A stretch of 64,000 nucleotides of DNA from a phage: sequence record PZ452594.1. One strand, given 5' to 3'. Of the stretch, positions 19,550 to 29,413 are shown piece by piece. A program made the translations under genes and the position numbers. The notes under the pieces are model-generated. The model was not told where the DNA came from. It made no database searches and was given only the letters and a program-made list of their open reading frames with translations. The stretch's first letter is position 1. Every line of letters begins with the position of its first letter.

Positions 19550-19939
19550 TTAATCCAAAATATTATTAGGCATTGGTTGAACACTCACAAGTTCTTTAAA
19601 GAACTCAGTAGAGTCAGGCAATTTAACCATTTCCGGAGCATGCTTACTGAATTTATGTTTACATTGACGGCATTTATATTCAAGCTCTGGTTTACGCCAG
19701 TTAATCAACTGAACTTGTTCAGTACCGCATTCAGGGCAATTAGGAACGTTTTTAGAAGCTCTTTCACGTCGTTCAACCATAGCCATAATAGCATCCCATG
19801 CTGGAGGTTTAAAATCTAAATCGTCGCAGCCGTGAATCTTTCCACGCATTTCCATATCATCTTCCTCACCAGCCATAATAATTTTAATTAAACTGGAATT
19901 ACTTGAAGCTGCAATGTCTTCTAATAAACGCTTTTTCAT
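19550..19939 (-). CDS. hypothetical zinc-ribbon protein (129 aa)
   Basis: CPECG...CRQCKH four-Cys motif. Confidence 0.45.
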   Translation of the reverse strand: MKKRLLEDIAASSNSSLIKIIMAGEEDDMEMRGKIHGCDDLDFKPPAWDAIMAMVERRERASKNVPNCPECGTEQVQLINWRKPELEYKCRQCKHKFSKHAPEMVKLPDSTEFFKELVSVQPMPNNILD

Positions 19940-20865
19940 TTCAATACCTCAATAGCATTACGTAAACCATTTGCTTTTGCATTAAGAGCTTTTAACAATT
20001 TGGTGTGTTCTGCAATTTGGGCTTCAACTTCAATCAAACGGGCATTGAGATATTCACGTTCTTCACTCAGATTATCAACCTTTTCTACTTTAGGCTCTTT
20101 TACAACTGTCTTATATGTATTAGGGTTCTTCAGTTTAATTAGAATGCGTGAACTGTATAACATTGAACCATTATCTTCGGTTTCGTCATACATTTCCACT
20201 ACGTCCATAATTTTTAACATCATGCGGAGTTTATAAGACAACGAACGAATAGTTTTGTTGTGCTTATTAATTTCTTTAGCTGTCATGGTGCCAAGATTAC
20301 GTGAGTAATAATAAGGAACCTGGATATTAATTAATACTGATGAACCACCTGGCTTGTGTGTTACTTCATCAGCAATAACCCAGTCCTTAACATGAACTGT
20401 ATTTGTACGGTCATCGCCCGCGGTAAATAGTTTGCGAGCATGCTTAAAAAGCATATTCACTTGGTCATTGAATTGACAAGCAAATTTATCAGCAAATTTA
20501 GTTTCAGGAATGGTAGAAAACCAATCAGCCAAATGAGTCTTTTTAACATCATTAACAATAGTAAATTCAACCAAATCGGTTATAGATGTCTCAGATTTAA
20601 TGAAGCTCGGCTTCATAAAGTTTTTAATGTTCTCATGAGCTACAGTAGAAGATAACATACGAGAACGTTTAAACCATTCAAGCAAATTGCCTAACGAATG
20701 AGAATAAGCGTTTTGAGTATCTTTACAGATATGATTTTCCTGACCAACATATTGAAGGAAATCACGAAGAATATTATTGATTACTGCTCTGTGTCCTATC
20801 TGATAATTACGATGTTTAGTAATAAGACTGTCAAAATAATCAATATAATGTTTACGAGTTTTCAT
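19936..20865 (-). CDS. hypothetical protein (309 aa), C-terminal coiled coil; paralogue family member 1
   Basis: ORF track; C-terminal heptad region ...[31 protein letters not shown]. Confidence 0.5.
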   Translation of the reverse strand: MKTRKHYIDYFDSLITKHRNYQIGHRAVINNILRDFLQYVGQENHICKDTQNAYSHSLGNLLEWFKRSRMLSSTVAHENIKNFMKPSFIKSETSITDLVEFTIVNDVKKTHLADWFSTIPETKFADKFACQFNDQVNMLFKHARKLFTAGDDRTNTVHVKDWVIADEVTHKPGGSSVLINIQVPYYYSRNLGTMTAKEINKHNKTIRSLSYKLRMMLKIMDVVEMYDETEDNGSMLYSSRILIKLKNPNTYKTVVKEPKVEKVDNLSEEREYLNARLIEVEAQIAEHTKLLKALNAKANGLRNAIEVLK

Positions 20866-20917
20866 GTTCTTCTCACTTGGTTAATGGTTTATACTCCGAG
20901 CCATCCTTGGCTTTAAA

Positions 20918-21946
20918 TTACTTAATTAACTGTAAAGCTTGTTCAAGACGATCAAGACGATTAACGGATTCTTCCCAAATCTTTTTAGCCTGCTCATATT
21001 CTTTCTGCGCTTTATTAGAAATTTCTAGAACTTCTTTATAAGCTTTTTCTAATGCAATAACTTCTGGACGAATTTCTACCGGTTCAGGTGAATCATCAAG
21101 ACATTCCATTAGTTCCTCAAGGGTAGTTTCTTCTTTAGGAGTATTCACAATTTCATCACATTTTTGTTGGTAAATTTCTTTACTAGTAGGTGAATAAGTA
21201 CATTTCACTTCACGAAGACTAACTACAATTTTATATCCTTCCCAACCGCATATATTCTTAAAAGGATATGTATGAATATTTTCTACTGTTTCCATACAGC
21301 CCAAAACCGCCTCTAATTGATAAGTTATAGTGCTAGCAATTGAGAAAAATTTATTAATATTCTTTTGGTTAGCGTTTGGTGTAAAAAATCCATAATTCAC
21401 AAAAATAGCTACTTTATTTTCATCAAGCTCATATTCTTTTACGATAATCATATCAGAAGCCAAAGGATGAATTTGACGATAATCGCCATAACATAATTTA
21501 GAAGCTGATTTTAGAATTTGTCCTTTGAAAAGTCTGAAATTACTAATCCAACGACGAGTAAAAATATTCTCAGGGTCTTCTTTATTAAGATGATAAGAAT
21601 TAACATCACCGAACCAATTATATCCTACTACATCTTTAGTTCGTTTAATTTCTTTCCCAAATTTACTAAGAATATCTCTGTTGACTAAGTATGAAAGAAG
21701 ACGAGACCCTTTAAAGGTTTTCTTAATGTCATCTTTATCTGTACGACTAGAAATTTCACGAACTTCATGAATAAATTTGCCGGAAGAAACAATACTTGCA
21801 TCAGTATTATTGAGCCATTGATTGATAATAGAAATCACACTATTCTGACTAGACATAGGTTTAACTTTATCATCAATAACGCTGTTGAACGATTTAATAT
21901 ATTCGTTGCGAGTCATATTAATCTCCTCAGTAGAAAGTAAGAACAT
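20918..21946 (-). CDS. hypothetical protein (342 aa), C-terminal coiled coil; family member 2
   Basis: ORF track; C-terminus ...AQKEYEQAKKIWEESVNRLDRLEQALQLIK. Confidence 0.5.
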   Translation of the reverse strand: MFLLSTEEINMTRNEYIKSFNSVIDDKVKPMSSQNSVISIINQWLNNTDASIVSSGKFIHEVREISSRTDKDDIKKTFKGSRLLSYLVNRDILSKFGKEIKRTKDVVGYNWFGDVNSYHLNKEDPENIFTRRWISNFRLFKGQILKSASKLCYGDYRQIHPLASDMIIVKEYELDENKVAIFVNYGFFTPNANQKNINKFFSIASTITYQLEAVLGCMETVENIHTYPFKNICGWEGYKIVVSLREVKCTYSPTSKEIYQQKCDEIVNTPKEETTLEELMECLDDSPEPVEIRPEVIALEKAYKEVLEISNKAQKEYEQAKKIWEESVNRLDRLEQALQLIK

Positions 21947-21973
21947 TATACCACATCCTTGTGGCGAAGTAAA

Positions 21974-22978
21974 CTAGTTTAGTGCATTTAGTGCGTTGTT
22001 CAATTTAGAACGTTGCTTCGTGAGATTTTTTACTTTTTCTTGGGCTTTTTCTAGCATCTTTTCAGCTTCTAACACTTCATTAGTTGCTTTAACGAGTTCA
22101 TCATCTACTGCCTTGATAGACTTCTCAATCGCATCCGCGTGCCATTTTTCAACAGGTTTAAGACTCGGATTTTCAACAGGAAGAAAATTCACTTTATTGA
22201 ATTTCCATGCATCATTATTACCTGAACTATACATCCAAAATTTAGGATCGTTTGATGAGTAATTAGTTTGGGGTTCAGGTTTTTTCTCTTGTGTAACTTC
22301 GTCCTTTCTCAAAAAATCATATTTAAATGAAACGATCATATCAAGTTCATATGTTGTCGTATCTAATTTAAATCGTTCGAAATGCTGCGAAATCTTAGAT
22401 TGAACAGCAGCAACAACATCCATATACTTAAATGCTTCTGTCAGCTGTGATTTAAGACATTCACAAATTGAAAGAGAATTTTTTGTATTAGGTTTAAAGC
22501 TAATTCGTGCAGTTCTATTATTTTCTTTAGATGGTCTTACTTCCATCTGAAGAGTATAACCATCAAATTTCAGATTCTTTAAGTTAATATCAGAACCTTT
22601 TAATCGACTAGCCGTCGACAAAATTTGCTTTAATTGTTTACGGAATAGAGCAATAAATCTCCATTCAATACGATAATGATTTGGATTGAAAAATCCAGAT
22701 GATAAATCGACCTTACTCTGACCAACACCTTGAACAAATAGAGGATTTTTATAATCAATAGTTTTACAGAAATCGGTGAGCTGCTCACGAGCAGTCATTT
22801 GTGTAATATACCCCGCTTTACTAAAATGACGTAACCATTCACTGCTATTCATATATTTAAAGTGAATATCACGATTAACTTTATCAGGGTCTAAATTATT
22901 TTGGCACAAAAATGTCATAACATCGCGAGTATAGCTGGCATTACGAACCATATCTTCAATTTGAGAACGAGTTTTCAT
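21974..22978 (-). CDS. hypothetical protein (334 aa), C-terminal coiled coil; family member 3
   Basis: ORF track; C-terminus ...EAEKMLEKAQEKVKNLTKQRSKLNNALNALN. Confidence 0.5.
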   Translation of the reverse strand: MKTRSQIEDMVRNASYTRDVMTFLCQNNLDPDKVNRDIHFKYMNSSEWLRHFSKAGYITQMTAREQLTDFCKTIDYKNPLFVQGVGQSKVDLSSGFFNPNHYRIEWRFIALFRKQLKQILSTASRLKGSDINLKNLKFDGYTLQMEVRPSKENNRTARISFKPNTKNSLSICECLKSQLTEAFKYMDVVAAVQSKISQHFERFKLDTTTYELDMIVSFKYDFLRKDEVTQEKKPEPQTNYSSNDPKFWMYSSGNNDAWKFNKVNFLPVENPSLKPVEKWHADAIEKSIKAVDDELVKATNEVLEAEKMLEKAQEKVKNLTKQRSKLNNALNALN

Positions 22979-22986
22979 GGTGTTCC

Positions 22987-23895
22987 TTAAGATTTAAGTA
23001 AATCAACAATTTTAATTAATTTTTCACGTTCAGATTTAGCTTTACTACTCAGTCCAGATAGTCTGAAAATTTCATCGTCATATTGTTGAATAGAAATATT
23101 CAGCTCTTCAATTTGCTTATTAAAATAATCAATTTGTTCAGAATGTTTTTCGTTACTACGAACTGGTACAGGTTTTGTAGGAAATTTAGTTAAACTGGAT
23201 TCATCCGGGCGATAAATTAAAATGCAATTTGAACCAATCGGGCATTTAGCACCAGATGAATATTCTAACGTTCCAGCTTCTTTTAAAACTTCAAAAGCTA
23301 AACAGAGATGATGCCCCATATTAACATAATCTGTAGAGCGAGCTCTGATATAATAATCATCGCCGCGAATACTAAATTTAAAGCATTTAAGGTCTTCTGT
23401 ATTATTGGTCTTAAAAATCATTTGTTTATCTAGACCTTTAGCTAATCGAGCGCCTAATGCTAATAATCGTCGTTGATTTTCCCACAAATCCGCAATCATT
23501 TGATCGAATGACAATTTCGGCATTAGTCTACCATAAAGGTCATATCCTTTATTATAATTGCGAAGAATTTCACTCGCGTTAATACGAGACAACGCTCCAA
23601 TTTTATTAAGGGCTTTCATGATGCGATTAGATAAACCCATTCCAGACCCGTTTGTTCGCTGTAAATGTTTTTCTAATCCAAATCCAATATCAACTTTAAA
23701 CTTATCTAAAATTTCTGCATGAACATCTCTGTCAATAACATTCAAATCCAAAGTTGGGTTAAATCTATGAAAAAATTTATCTGGCTCTCCACGACGAAGT
23801 ACAGTCCATTCATTCAATTTTTTATTAACTAAAGATTTAATTACTGCATTGACATTATTAATTACTACTGACATATTTTCCTCACTCAATTTCAA
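22987..23895 (-). CDS. hypothetical protein (302 aa), C-terminal coiled coil; family member 4
   Basis: ORF track; C-terminus ...SKAKSEREKLIKIVDLLKS. Confidence 0.5.
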   Translation of the reverse strand: MKLSEENMSVVINNVNAVIKSLVNKKLNEWTVLRRGEPDKFFHRFNPTLDLNVIDRDVHAEILDKFKVDIGFGLEKHLQRTNGSGMGLSNRIMKALNKIGALSRINASEILRNYNKGYDLYGRLMPKLSFDQMIADLWENQRRLLALGARLAKGLDKQMIFKTNNTEDLKCFKFSIRGDDYYIRARSTDYVNMGHHLCLAFEVLKEAGTLEYSSGAKCPIGSNCILIYRPDESSLTKFPTKPVPVRSNEKHSEQIDYFNKQIEELNISIQQYDDEIFRLSGLSSKAKSEREKLIKIVDLLKS

Positions 23896-24289
23896 TTTTA
23901 CTAAATACGCAGAATATGATGGAAAAGACTATATAAGCACCGCATACAGATTGAACTAATACCATTCCAAAGAACCAAACAATATTATCAAACAATGTCT
24001 GTTTTACGTCGAAAGGACGTAAACTTACAGTAATATTATCGCCTTTTTCTATTGATGAATACATCTCTGGGGAAATATATTCGCTAAATCTATAACCGTC
24101 TTTGAGTTCATATACGGCAATAAACGATAAACTAGACCCCTTTCCTTGAGTTCCTGTAAGGGTATTAACTACAGTAACATCATAATCTTTATAATGCATA
24201 TAATCATTAATTGCGTAATAACCATATGCAATTACTATACATAAACAACATATCAATAAATTCAATCTTTTAATTATCAACTGTTTCAT
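23882..24289 (-). CDS. membrane protein (135 aa), N- and C-terminal TM helices
   Basis: hydrophobic segments LLICCLCIVIAYGYY and FFGMVLVQSVCGAYIVFSIIFCVF. Confidence 0.45.
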   Translation of the reverse strand: MKQLIIKRLNLLICCLCIVIAYGYYAINDYMHYKDYDVTVVNTLTGTQGKGSSLSFIAVYELKDGYRFSEYISPEMYSSIEKGDNITVSLRPFDVKQTLFDNIVWFFGMVLVQSVCGAYIVFSIIFCVFSKIEIE

Positions 24290-24344
24290 AATAATCTCAA
24301 TTAAAAGGGCTTAGAACCATTATACCATCCTTGGTATAAAGCGG

Positions 24345-24872
24345 TTATGCGAGTACCGTCTTTAACCGTTCTTCAAACTTCCGAAGAGTATTCTGGCGTT
24401 CAGCTCTTTGCTTTTTGTAAGTTTCAATACGCTCTGAAATGAGAGTGTATCGTTCATTTACTGATTCTTTCATAAAATCAGGAATTTCACGAGAAGCTTT
24501 AATCTCGTCAAATTTATCAATAACAGCTTGCTCTTCAGCAATTAAGTTATCATACATCAAAATATCTTTCTTGATGAACTCAATATCTTCTTGAGTTACA
24601 CGAGATAATTTAGATGCTTTATCCTTTTTGTACTGTTCGTTAGTATCACGAGACCAGTGTAATGTACGATTTTTATTCGTATTCTTATAAATTTCTACAA
24701 TACCAATCTCATCAATAATAACGATCCAATTCCAACGGGATTTGTAAATTTGTCCTCCATCAACAGTGATTTCACCTCCGATTGAGATGTCATTAAAGAA
24801 CTTGCTTTGTGCTTCAGATTTAAATTTACCATCATTGTAGTTTACCAAGTTGAAAATATCTTTAGCATTCAT
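24345..24872 (-). CDS. hypothetical protein (175 aa)
   Basis: ATG at 24870-24872 (MNAKDIFNLV) just downstream of early promoter; the longer track ORF would run through the promoter. Confidence 0.45.
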   Translation of the reverse strand: MNAKDIFNLVNYNDGKFKSEAQSKFFNDISIGGEITVDGGQIYKSRWNWIVIIDEIGIVEIYKNTNKNRTLHWSRDTNEQYKKDKASKLSRVTQEDIEFIKKDILMYDNLIAEEQAVIDKFDEIKASREIPDFMKESVNERYTLISERIETYKKQRAERQNTLRKFEERLKTVLA

Positions 24873-24897
24873 TTTTGTTCCTCCGTAGTTGATAGTT

Positions 24898-24932
24898 GTA
24901 TAGTACCACAGAGGAACAGTCTTGTAAACCAC
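24898..24932 (-). promoter_or_regulatory. early promoter (GTTTAC, 18 nt, TACTAT) carrying conserved 20-mer ttgatagttgtatagtacca
   Basis: sense GTTTACAAGACTGTTCCTCTGTGGTACTAT; the 20-mer at 24889-24908 is identical at 26590-26609 and 42101-42120. Confidence 0.5.
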
Positions 24933-25246
24933 TAAAAGAAACTTCTTTCACAATTTTTTCCACTGAACCAAGCGCTCACTGCTTTCTTAGTCTCAGGAGC
25001 AGTGTTATCCATAAACCATTCAAAGGCAGCCTTTTTATGATTCTGGAGGGCTTCTCGGGCTTTAATCTGCTCACGGTCTATTAACACTAACATATGAGCC
25101 TTTCTTGTCACCAAGGGCTTCTTATGATTCTTGGAGTATTCCCAGTCATTTGTCCAACGCATTGTCGTTGCGAACTGATGAACCGCGTCTTTAATTTTAG
25201 TTTCGTAAATTTCACGAGCCTTTGAGTATAACATCACTACCTCCAT
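24932..25246 (-). CDS. hypothetical protein (104 aa)
   Basis: ORF track. Confidence 0.45.
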   Translation of the reverse strand: MEVVMLYSKAREIYETKIKDAVHQFATTMRWTNDWEYSKNHKKPLVTRKAHMLVLIDREQIKAREALQNHKKAAFEWFMDNTAPETKKAVSAWFSGKNCERSFF

Positions 25247-25335
25247 TTACCAGTTTAATTCTAATCATCTTTTTGATGGCAGTCCATATAATCTATTTCT
25301 GAACTGCCTTTTTGTCATAGAAGTCCTCTTATGAA

Positions 25336-26304
25336 TTATTTCAGAAGAGTAACCTCAGCGATTTCTTCCCAACCGTTTTTGTCGGTCATAATAAAGTCAG
25401 CAAGATAAAGAGCAGTACGCAGTGAAACATTACGTAAACGATTAACATTGACTTTCATCCATGATAATGCTTTATAAGTTTCTTCATCAGAAAGACCGCG
25501 CTTTTGCATCATGTCAGTTGAAAGAATAACATCTTCAACCCTGACCATAATTTCTTCATTAGTGTGAACACCCAAATCCAAATAAACTGAGCGGGACACT
25601 AATGCTTGTAAATGTGGAGCAAGTTTAGTACCACGGTCTAATTCGCGGTCAATGTCAACGTTTGTGATAAAAACAATCGTTCCTTTAAATTCAAACTCAC
25701 GCTCAATGCCTTTTTCTTCTAAGTAAGAAGATGCGGTGCTCCAGCAGACTTTACGGGTCTCTCCAGTGTCCAGAGCAGCTTTCAGAAGATTAAGAATGTC
25801 CATATCAGAGAAAACATCCACATCATCAATCAAAAGGACAGAATTCTCTTCACGATTATTCCAAAGCTGCTCATAAAGACCAATACCAGAGATTTTACCA
25901 TTAATGCTTTTATATTCAATGTATCCAATATCATTTGCTTTATTTAAAGCTTTATCTAAAGAATACGTTTTACCAATACCTGCTGCACCAGAGATAATTA
26001 ATGAACGAATGTTTCCGTTAATAATACCATTCGTCATCATTCCCATAACATTAAATCTTTTATTAATGCGGGTTTTCATATCTTCATACGATTCTTTAAC
26101 TTCTTCAACTTTTACACCATCATATGAAATGTCTGATTTGTAAACCCAAACACCGCGACGTTTACCGTCAATTTCAACAAAAACTTTACCATCTCCTTGT
26201 GCATCTACCGGAGCATTATCTGGGAACCATTCGCCTAAGAGCTCAAAAGTTCCAGAAATTTCTTTACCGAAGTAGATACCCTTATTGATAGTTACAGTTT
26301 TCAT
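25336..26304 (-). CDS. P-loop ATPase (AAA-type, 322 aa)
   Basis: Walker A GAAGIGKT, Walker B VLLIDDVD. Confidence 0.55.
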   Translation of the reverse strand: MKTVTINKGIYFGKEISGTFELLGEWFPDNAPVDAQGDGKVFVEIDGKRRGVWVYKSDISYDGVKVEEVKESYEDMKTRINKRFNVMGMMTNGIINGNIRSLIISGAAGIGKTYSLDKALNKANDIGYIEYKSINGKISGIGLYEQLWNNREENSVLLIDDVDVFSDMDILNLLKAALDTGETRKVCWSTASSYLEEKGIEREFEFKGTIVFITNVDIDRELDRGTKLAPHLQALVSRSVYLDLGVHTNEEIMVRVEDVILSTDMMQKRGLSDEETYKALSWMKVNVNRLRNVSLRTALYLADFIMTDKNGWEEIAEVTLLK

Positions 26305-26361
26305 TTTATTCTCCTTTGATTTGATAGGACTACTATAACATAGTCCTATCAGTTTGTATAC

Positions 26362-26562
26362 TTATTTTGACATTTCTTCGATGTCACGACGATACCCGTC
26401 ACGAACTTCACGAAGAGCTTCAAGGCCACACATAGGCTCGATACCAGTAATGTGAACTTGATTAATCTGATACTCTACATCTTCTAACTGAGCGAAAACA
26501 TAACGACGTTCAGCTGCACAACCAGATTTAGCTTTACCGAAACGTTTATTCAAAGTAGTCAT
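26362..26562 (-). CDS. hypothetical protein (66 aa)
   Basis: ORF track; early promoter directly upstream. Confidence 0.45.
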   Translation of the reverse strand: MTTLNKRFGKAKSGCAAERRYVFAQLEDVEYQINQVHITGIEPMCGLEALREVRDGYRRDIEEMSK

Positions 26563-26597
26563 TTTGTATCTCCAATTTACTCATTTGTTTTGATAGT

Positions 26598-26635
26598 TGT
26601 ATAGTACCATAAAGCTTTATGCTTGTAAACAGTTT
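26598..26635 (-). promoter_or_regulatory. early promoter (GTTTAC, 18 nt, TACTAT) with conserved 20-mer
   Basis: sense GTTTACAAGCATAAAGCTTTATGGTACTAT with A/T-rich UP region. Confidence 0.5.
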
Positions 26636-26661
26636 TGTGAAAAAATTTTTGAAATAAAAAA

Positions 26662-26679
26662 GGGAGCCCGAAGGCTCCC
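26662..26679 (-). terminator. intrinsic terminator GGGAGCCUUCGGGCUCCC + U6
   Basis: plus gggagcccgaaggctccc preceded by a/t run; directly 3' of the 337-aa ORF. Confidence 0.6.
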
Positions 26680-26681
26680 TA

Positions 26682-27695
26682 TCATTTATAATAACTTCGG
26701 TGGTTTTCAAGATAGACCTTCTCAAGGAAGTCATCCCAGAAACTCATGTCTACTTTTTGCTGCATACCGTTCTTAGAAGCTTCAGTAGATGCTGCTTCTA
26801 CTTGATCAACCACATCTTCCAAAAACTCTTGAACTGTTTTAAATGGATGTTTACCCAACTTCACGTCGAGAATAAATGGAGCATCTTGGAGTGGATAAAT
26901 CAAGTCGCCAGTTTTGTAAATTTCCAATAGTTGAAGTCCACCACGACAAGCATGACTTAGTGCTTTCCAATCAATACCTTCATTAGCTTCGGCTTTACGA
27001 GCACGTTCACCATATTCAGCATCTAATTTGTTCAGTGACTGCTTAAGCTCAATAAGAGAAAGTGTTGTCTGATATTTACGACCCAACACAGTGTAGAACG
27101 TTTGCGGGCCTGTTTTCTCGTGATTATGGAACACCCATTCACAGAATTCGTTTTCTGGAAGACGATGCTTAATATCTTCAACTTTAGTGCGACGCTGCTT
27201 AATAGAACCATCTTCTTGGTAATCAATCCACTGCTCAGGAATTTGATTAACTACTTTCAATACATCACGTAATGCAGCCAAACGAGAACCCTTGACACCG
27301 TATTTAGAAGCTTGCTTGCGAACATATCCTAAATAGGATTTCATGTTAGTCGTATAAAAACGAGAACGGTTGTCTTGAATAAACTTCCACACGTCAGGCA
27401 AATCAGATTTAACCACTAGTTCAGGTGGAGTGTGAAGCATATCCAATGCTACAGTTTCACCATCTGCTGCTAATTTAAAGAAATATTTAAGACTGTATAG
27501 TTCATGGTCAATATCATCTTTAGTGTTTTTAGATGATGTGTTGTTGGTATTTTTACTCATATGCTCTTTAACATTTCCGATAAGAATATCGCGAGCAGGA
27601 GGAACAAAGATTTCTTTAAAATCTACATCAGATTCTGGGGTAGAAGTTCCATAAAGATGACTACCAAAATAGCTTTTCATTACTGTTTTCATCAT
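26682..27695 (-). CDS. Pol-beta-superfamily nucleotidyltransferase-like protein (337 aa)
   Basis: N-terminal signature FGSHLYGTSTPESDVDF (GS, ~10 residues, DxD). Confidence 0.55.
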   Translation of the reverse strand: MMKTVMKSYFGSHLYGTSTPESDVDFKEIFVPPARDILIGNVKEHMSKNTNNTSSKNTKDDIDHELYSLKYFFKLAADGETVALDMLHTPPELVVKSDLPDVWKFIQDNRSRFYTTNMKSYLGYVRKQASKYGVKGSRLAALRDVLKVVNQIPEQWIDYQEDGSIKQRRTKVEDIKHRLPENEFCEWVFHNHEKTGPQTFYTVLGRKYQTTLSLIELKQSLNKLDAEYGERARKAEANEGIDWKALSHACRGGLQLLEIYKTGDLIYPLQDAPFILDVKLGKHPFKTVQEFLEDVVDQVEAASTEASKNGMQQKVDMSFWDDFLEKVYLENHRSYYK

Positions 27696-28153
27696 TCAGC
27701 CTTATATTCAATAACAGGACATACTTTAGCTTTACGCGCTTTTAAAAATTCAACGATAACCGATTTCTTGGGTTGAATAGGAGGTAAACCTTTATACGCC
27801 CTATCAATATTTTCTACGTGTAAAGCATAATCCTTTTTCCATTTATAATCTTTATATTTTTCACGCAAATGTGCAGGAATAACAAATGAACCGATAATAA
27901 GTAAAACAACCAAAATCGCAAGTATAAATGCTGATGGAAGCAAAGTCCATAAACTACCAAAAATAATCCAACGCTGTAGGCTTTCTGCACAAATAATTGT
28001 TAGCCCTACGAGTATAGCACATCCAAAAATAGAAACGAAAAATGTAGGAATGGCAATAGACCAAAAATATGCGCATAGTGTCTTAGGTCGTTGCCATTCA
28101 TCGTTAAACAATTTGAATAATTTATAGTGCCAAGAGTTTTCATTAATAATCAT
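27692..28153 (-). CDS. polytopic membrane protein (153 aa)
   Basis: several hydrophobic helices (AYFWSIAIPTFFVSIFGCAILVGLTII; LLPSAFILAILVVLLIIGSFVI). Confidence 0.45.
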   Translation of the reverse strand: MIINENSWHYKLFKLFNDEWQRPKTLCAYFWSIAIPTFFVSIFGCAILVGLTIICAESLQRWIIFGSLWTLLPSAFILAILVVLLIIGSFVIPAHLREKYKDYKWKKDYALHVENIDRAYKGLPPIQPKKSVIVEFLKARKAKVCPVIEYKAE

Positions 28154-28155
28154 AA

Positions 28156-28677
28156 TTATACTTTCATTGAAGGTGTAACAGTTGTTAAATACTTAATCAT
28201 AGCTTCAGCTTCTGATTTTGATAATGAAATTTCTCCACTGTTTTGACGAATAGAAATAAAATCCGGATGACGGTCACCACCAGCTTTTAAAACACACATA
28301 TAAGTATCAACTTCGCCTTCAATATTTGAAATGATTGAAGCAGTTCCACATGAATGCGGTTTTTGATAAATCAACACAGCTTTTCTTCCGCCATTTGACT
28401 GTTCATAGGCTTTTAATACATCAAACAAATCAGTTCTTTTATCAATAGCTAAAATGTTATTTTCATCTTCAATGTTAAATCCTTCGGATACTTCATAAAG
28501 TGTTACCCATAAATCACCAATGTCAATAACAGCATTTACTTTTCCACGGCTTTCAAGAGTATGACAAATTTTCTTGATTTCGTCATAACTCATTTTAATA
28601 ATATCATCTCCTTGACTAAGAAAGATGTCATTTTTAAATTCAACACGAATTAAACCGCTTTCACTTGAAATAAACAT
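28156..28677 (-). CDS. hypothetical acidic protein (173 aa); tandem paralogue A
   Basis: C-terminus KSEAEAMIKYLTTVTPSMKV resembles neighbour. Confidence 0.45.
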   Translation of the reverse strand: MFISSESGLIRVEFKNDIFLSQGDDIIKMSYDEIKKICHTLESRGKVNAVIDIGDLWVTLYEVSEGFNIEDENNILAIDKRTDLFDVLKAYEQSNGGRKAVLIYQKPHSCGTASIISNIEGEVDTYMCVLKAGGDRHPDFISIRQNSGEISLSKSEAEAMIKYLTTVTPSMKV

Positions 28678-28683
28678 ATTTCC

Positions 28684-29238
28684 TCACTTTGAAATCATAG
28701 TTGGAATAACAGAATCAAGATAAGTCTTTAGTGCAATAGCTTCGTCTTTGGTAAATGTGACAATATGTGCTCGAGAATCATCAATTTGGCGAACAAGTAC
28801 GACATCGCCATCTTCATAAGAAGTCTTGACATCCAAAGTCGTAGTATAATTTGCAGCTACTGGATTAATAATGCTAGCACCGCGATCTTTAGCCCATTGA
28901 AGTTTAGCCTTTTCGGGTGTTTCGACTGTTTCAGATTCCAAGAATTCTTTCACCTTGGCAACGAATGTTGCCCAATTGTTGATAGAAAGACACATAAATT
29001 CAGTTTCAATATTACCGCCGTAAAGGCCACGATAAAAACGAACTTGGAGGTCGCCTGTAATATTAGTTACACCGGTAACTCCTGAGGGAGCATAAGATAA
29101 AATCGCAGCCAGTTCCATAGGAAGAATAGTAATACTATCGTCTTCCTGCGTCAGAACGTATACATTATCACGTTTTTCGATAACCAGGTCACCGAACAAA
29201 TCAGTTGTTTCAATTACAGCTTTCATATTATTTACCAA
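28684..29238 (-). CDS. hypothetical acidic protein (184 aa); tandem paralogue B
   Basis: C-terminus KDEAIALKTYLDSVIPTMISK. Confidence 0.45.
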   Translation of the reverse strand: MVNNMKAVIETTDLFGDLVIEKRDNVYVLTQEDDSITILPMELAAILSYAPSGVTGVTNITGDLQVRFYRGLYGGNIETEFMCLSINNWATFVAKVKEFLESETVETPEKAKLQWAKDRGASIINPVAANYTTTLDVKTSYEDGDVVLVRQIDDSRAHIVTFTKDEAIALKTYLDSVIPTMISK

Positions 29239-29413
29239 TTAAAGTTTCAATATAAGAATCAAGATTTACTTTAGCTTCTTCCATAAGAGTTTTGTATTTA
29301 ATCTTGTTAGCATGTCCGGAGAAAGCTGATTCATCAATAATTGTTGATGTATGAACAGCTCTACTATACGTCTCAATTAATTCTCTTAATTTAAAAGCCT
29401 GCTCACTCGTCAT
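29228..29413 (-). CDS. small helical protein (61 aa); small-paralogue family
   Basis: MTSEQAFKLRELIETYSRAV... shared N-terminal pattern M-x-x-(R/E)EQ-x-x-K-(I/L). Confidence 0.4.
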   Translation of the reverse strand: MTSEQAFKLRELIETYSRAVHTSTIIDESAFSGHANKIKYKTLMEEAKVNLDSYIETLIGK

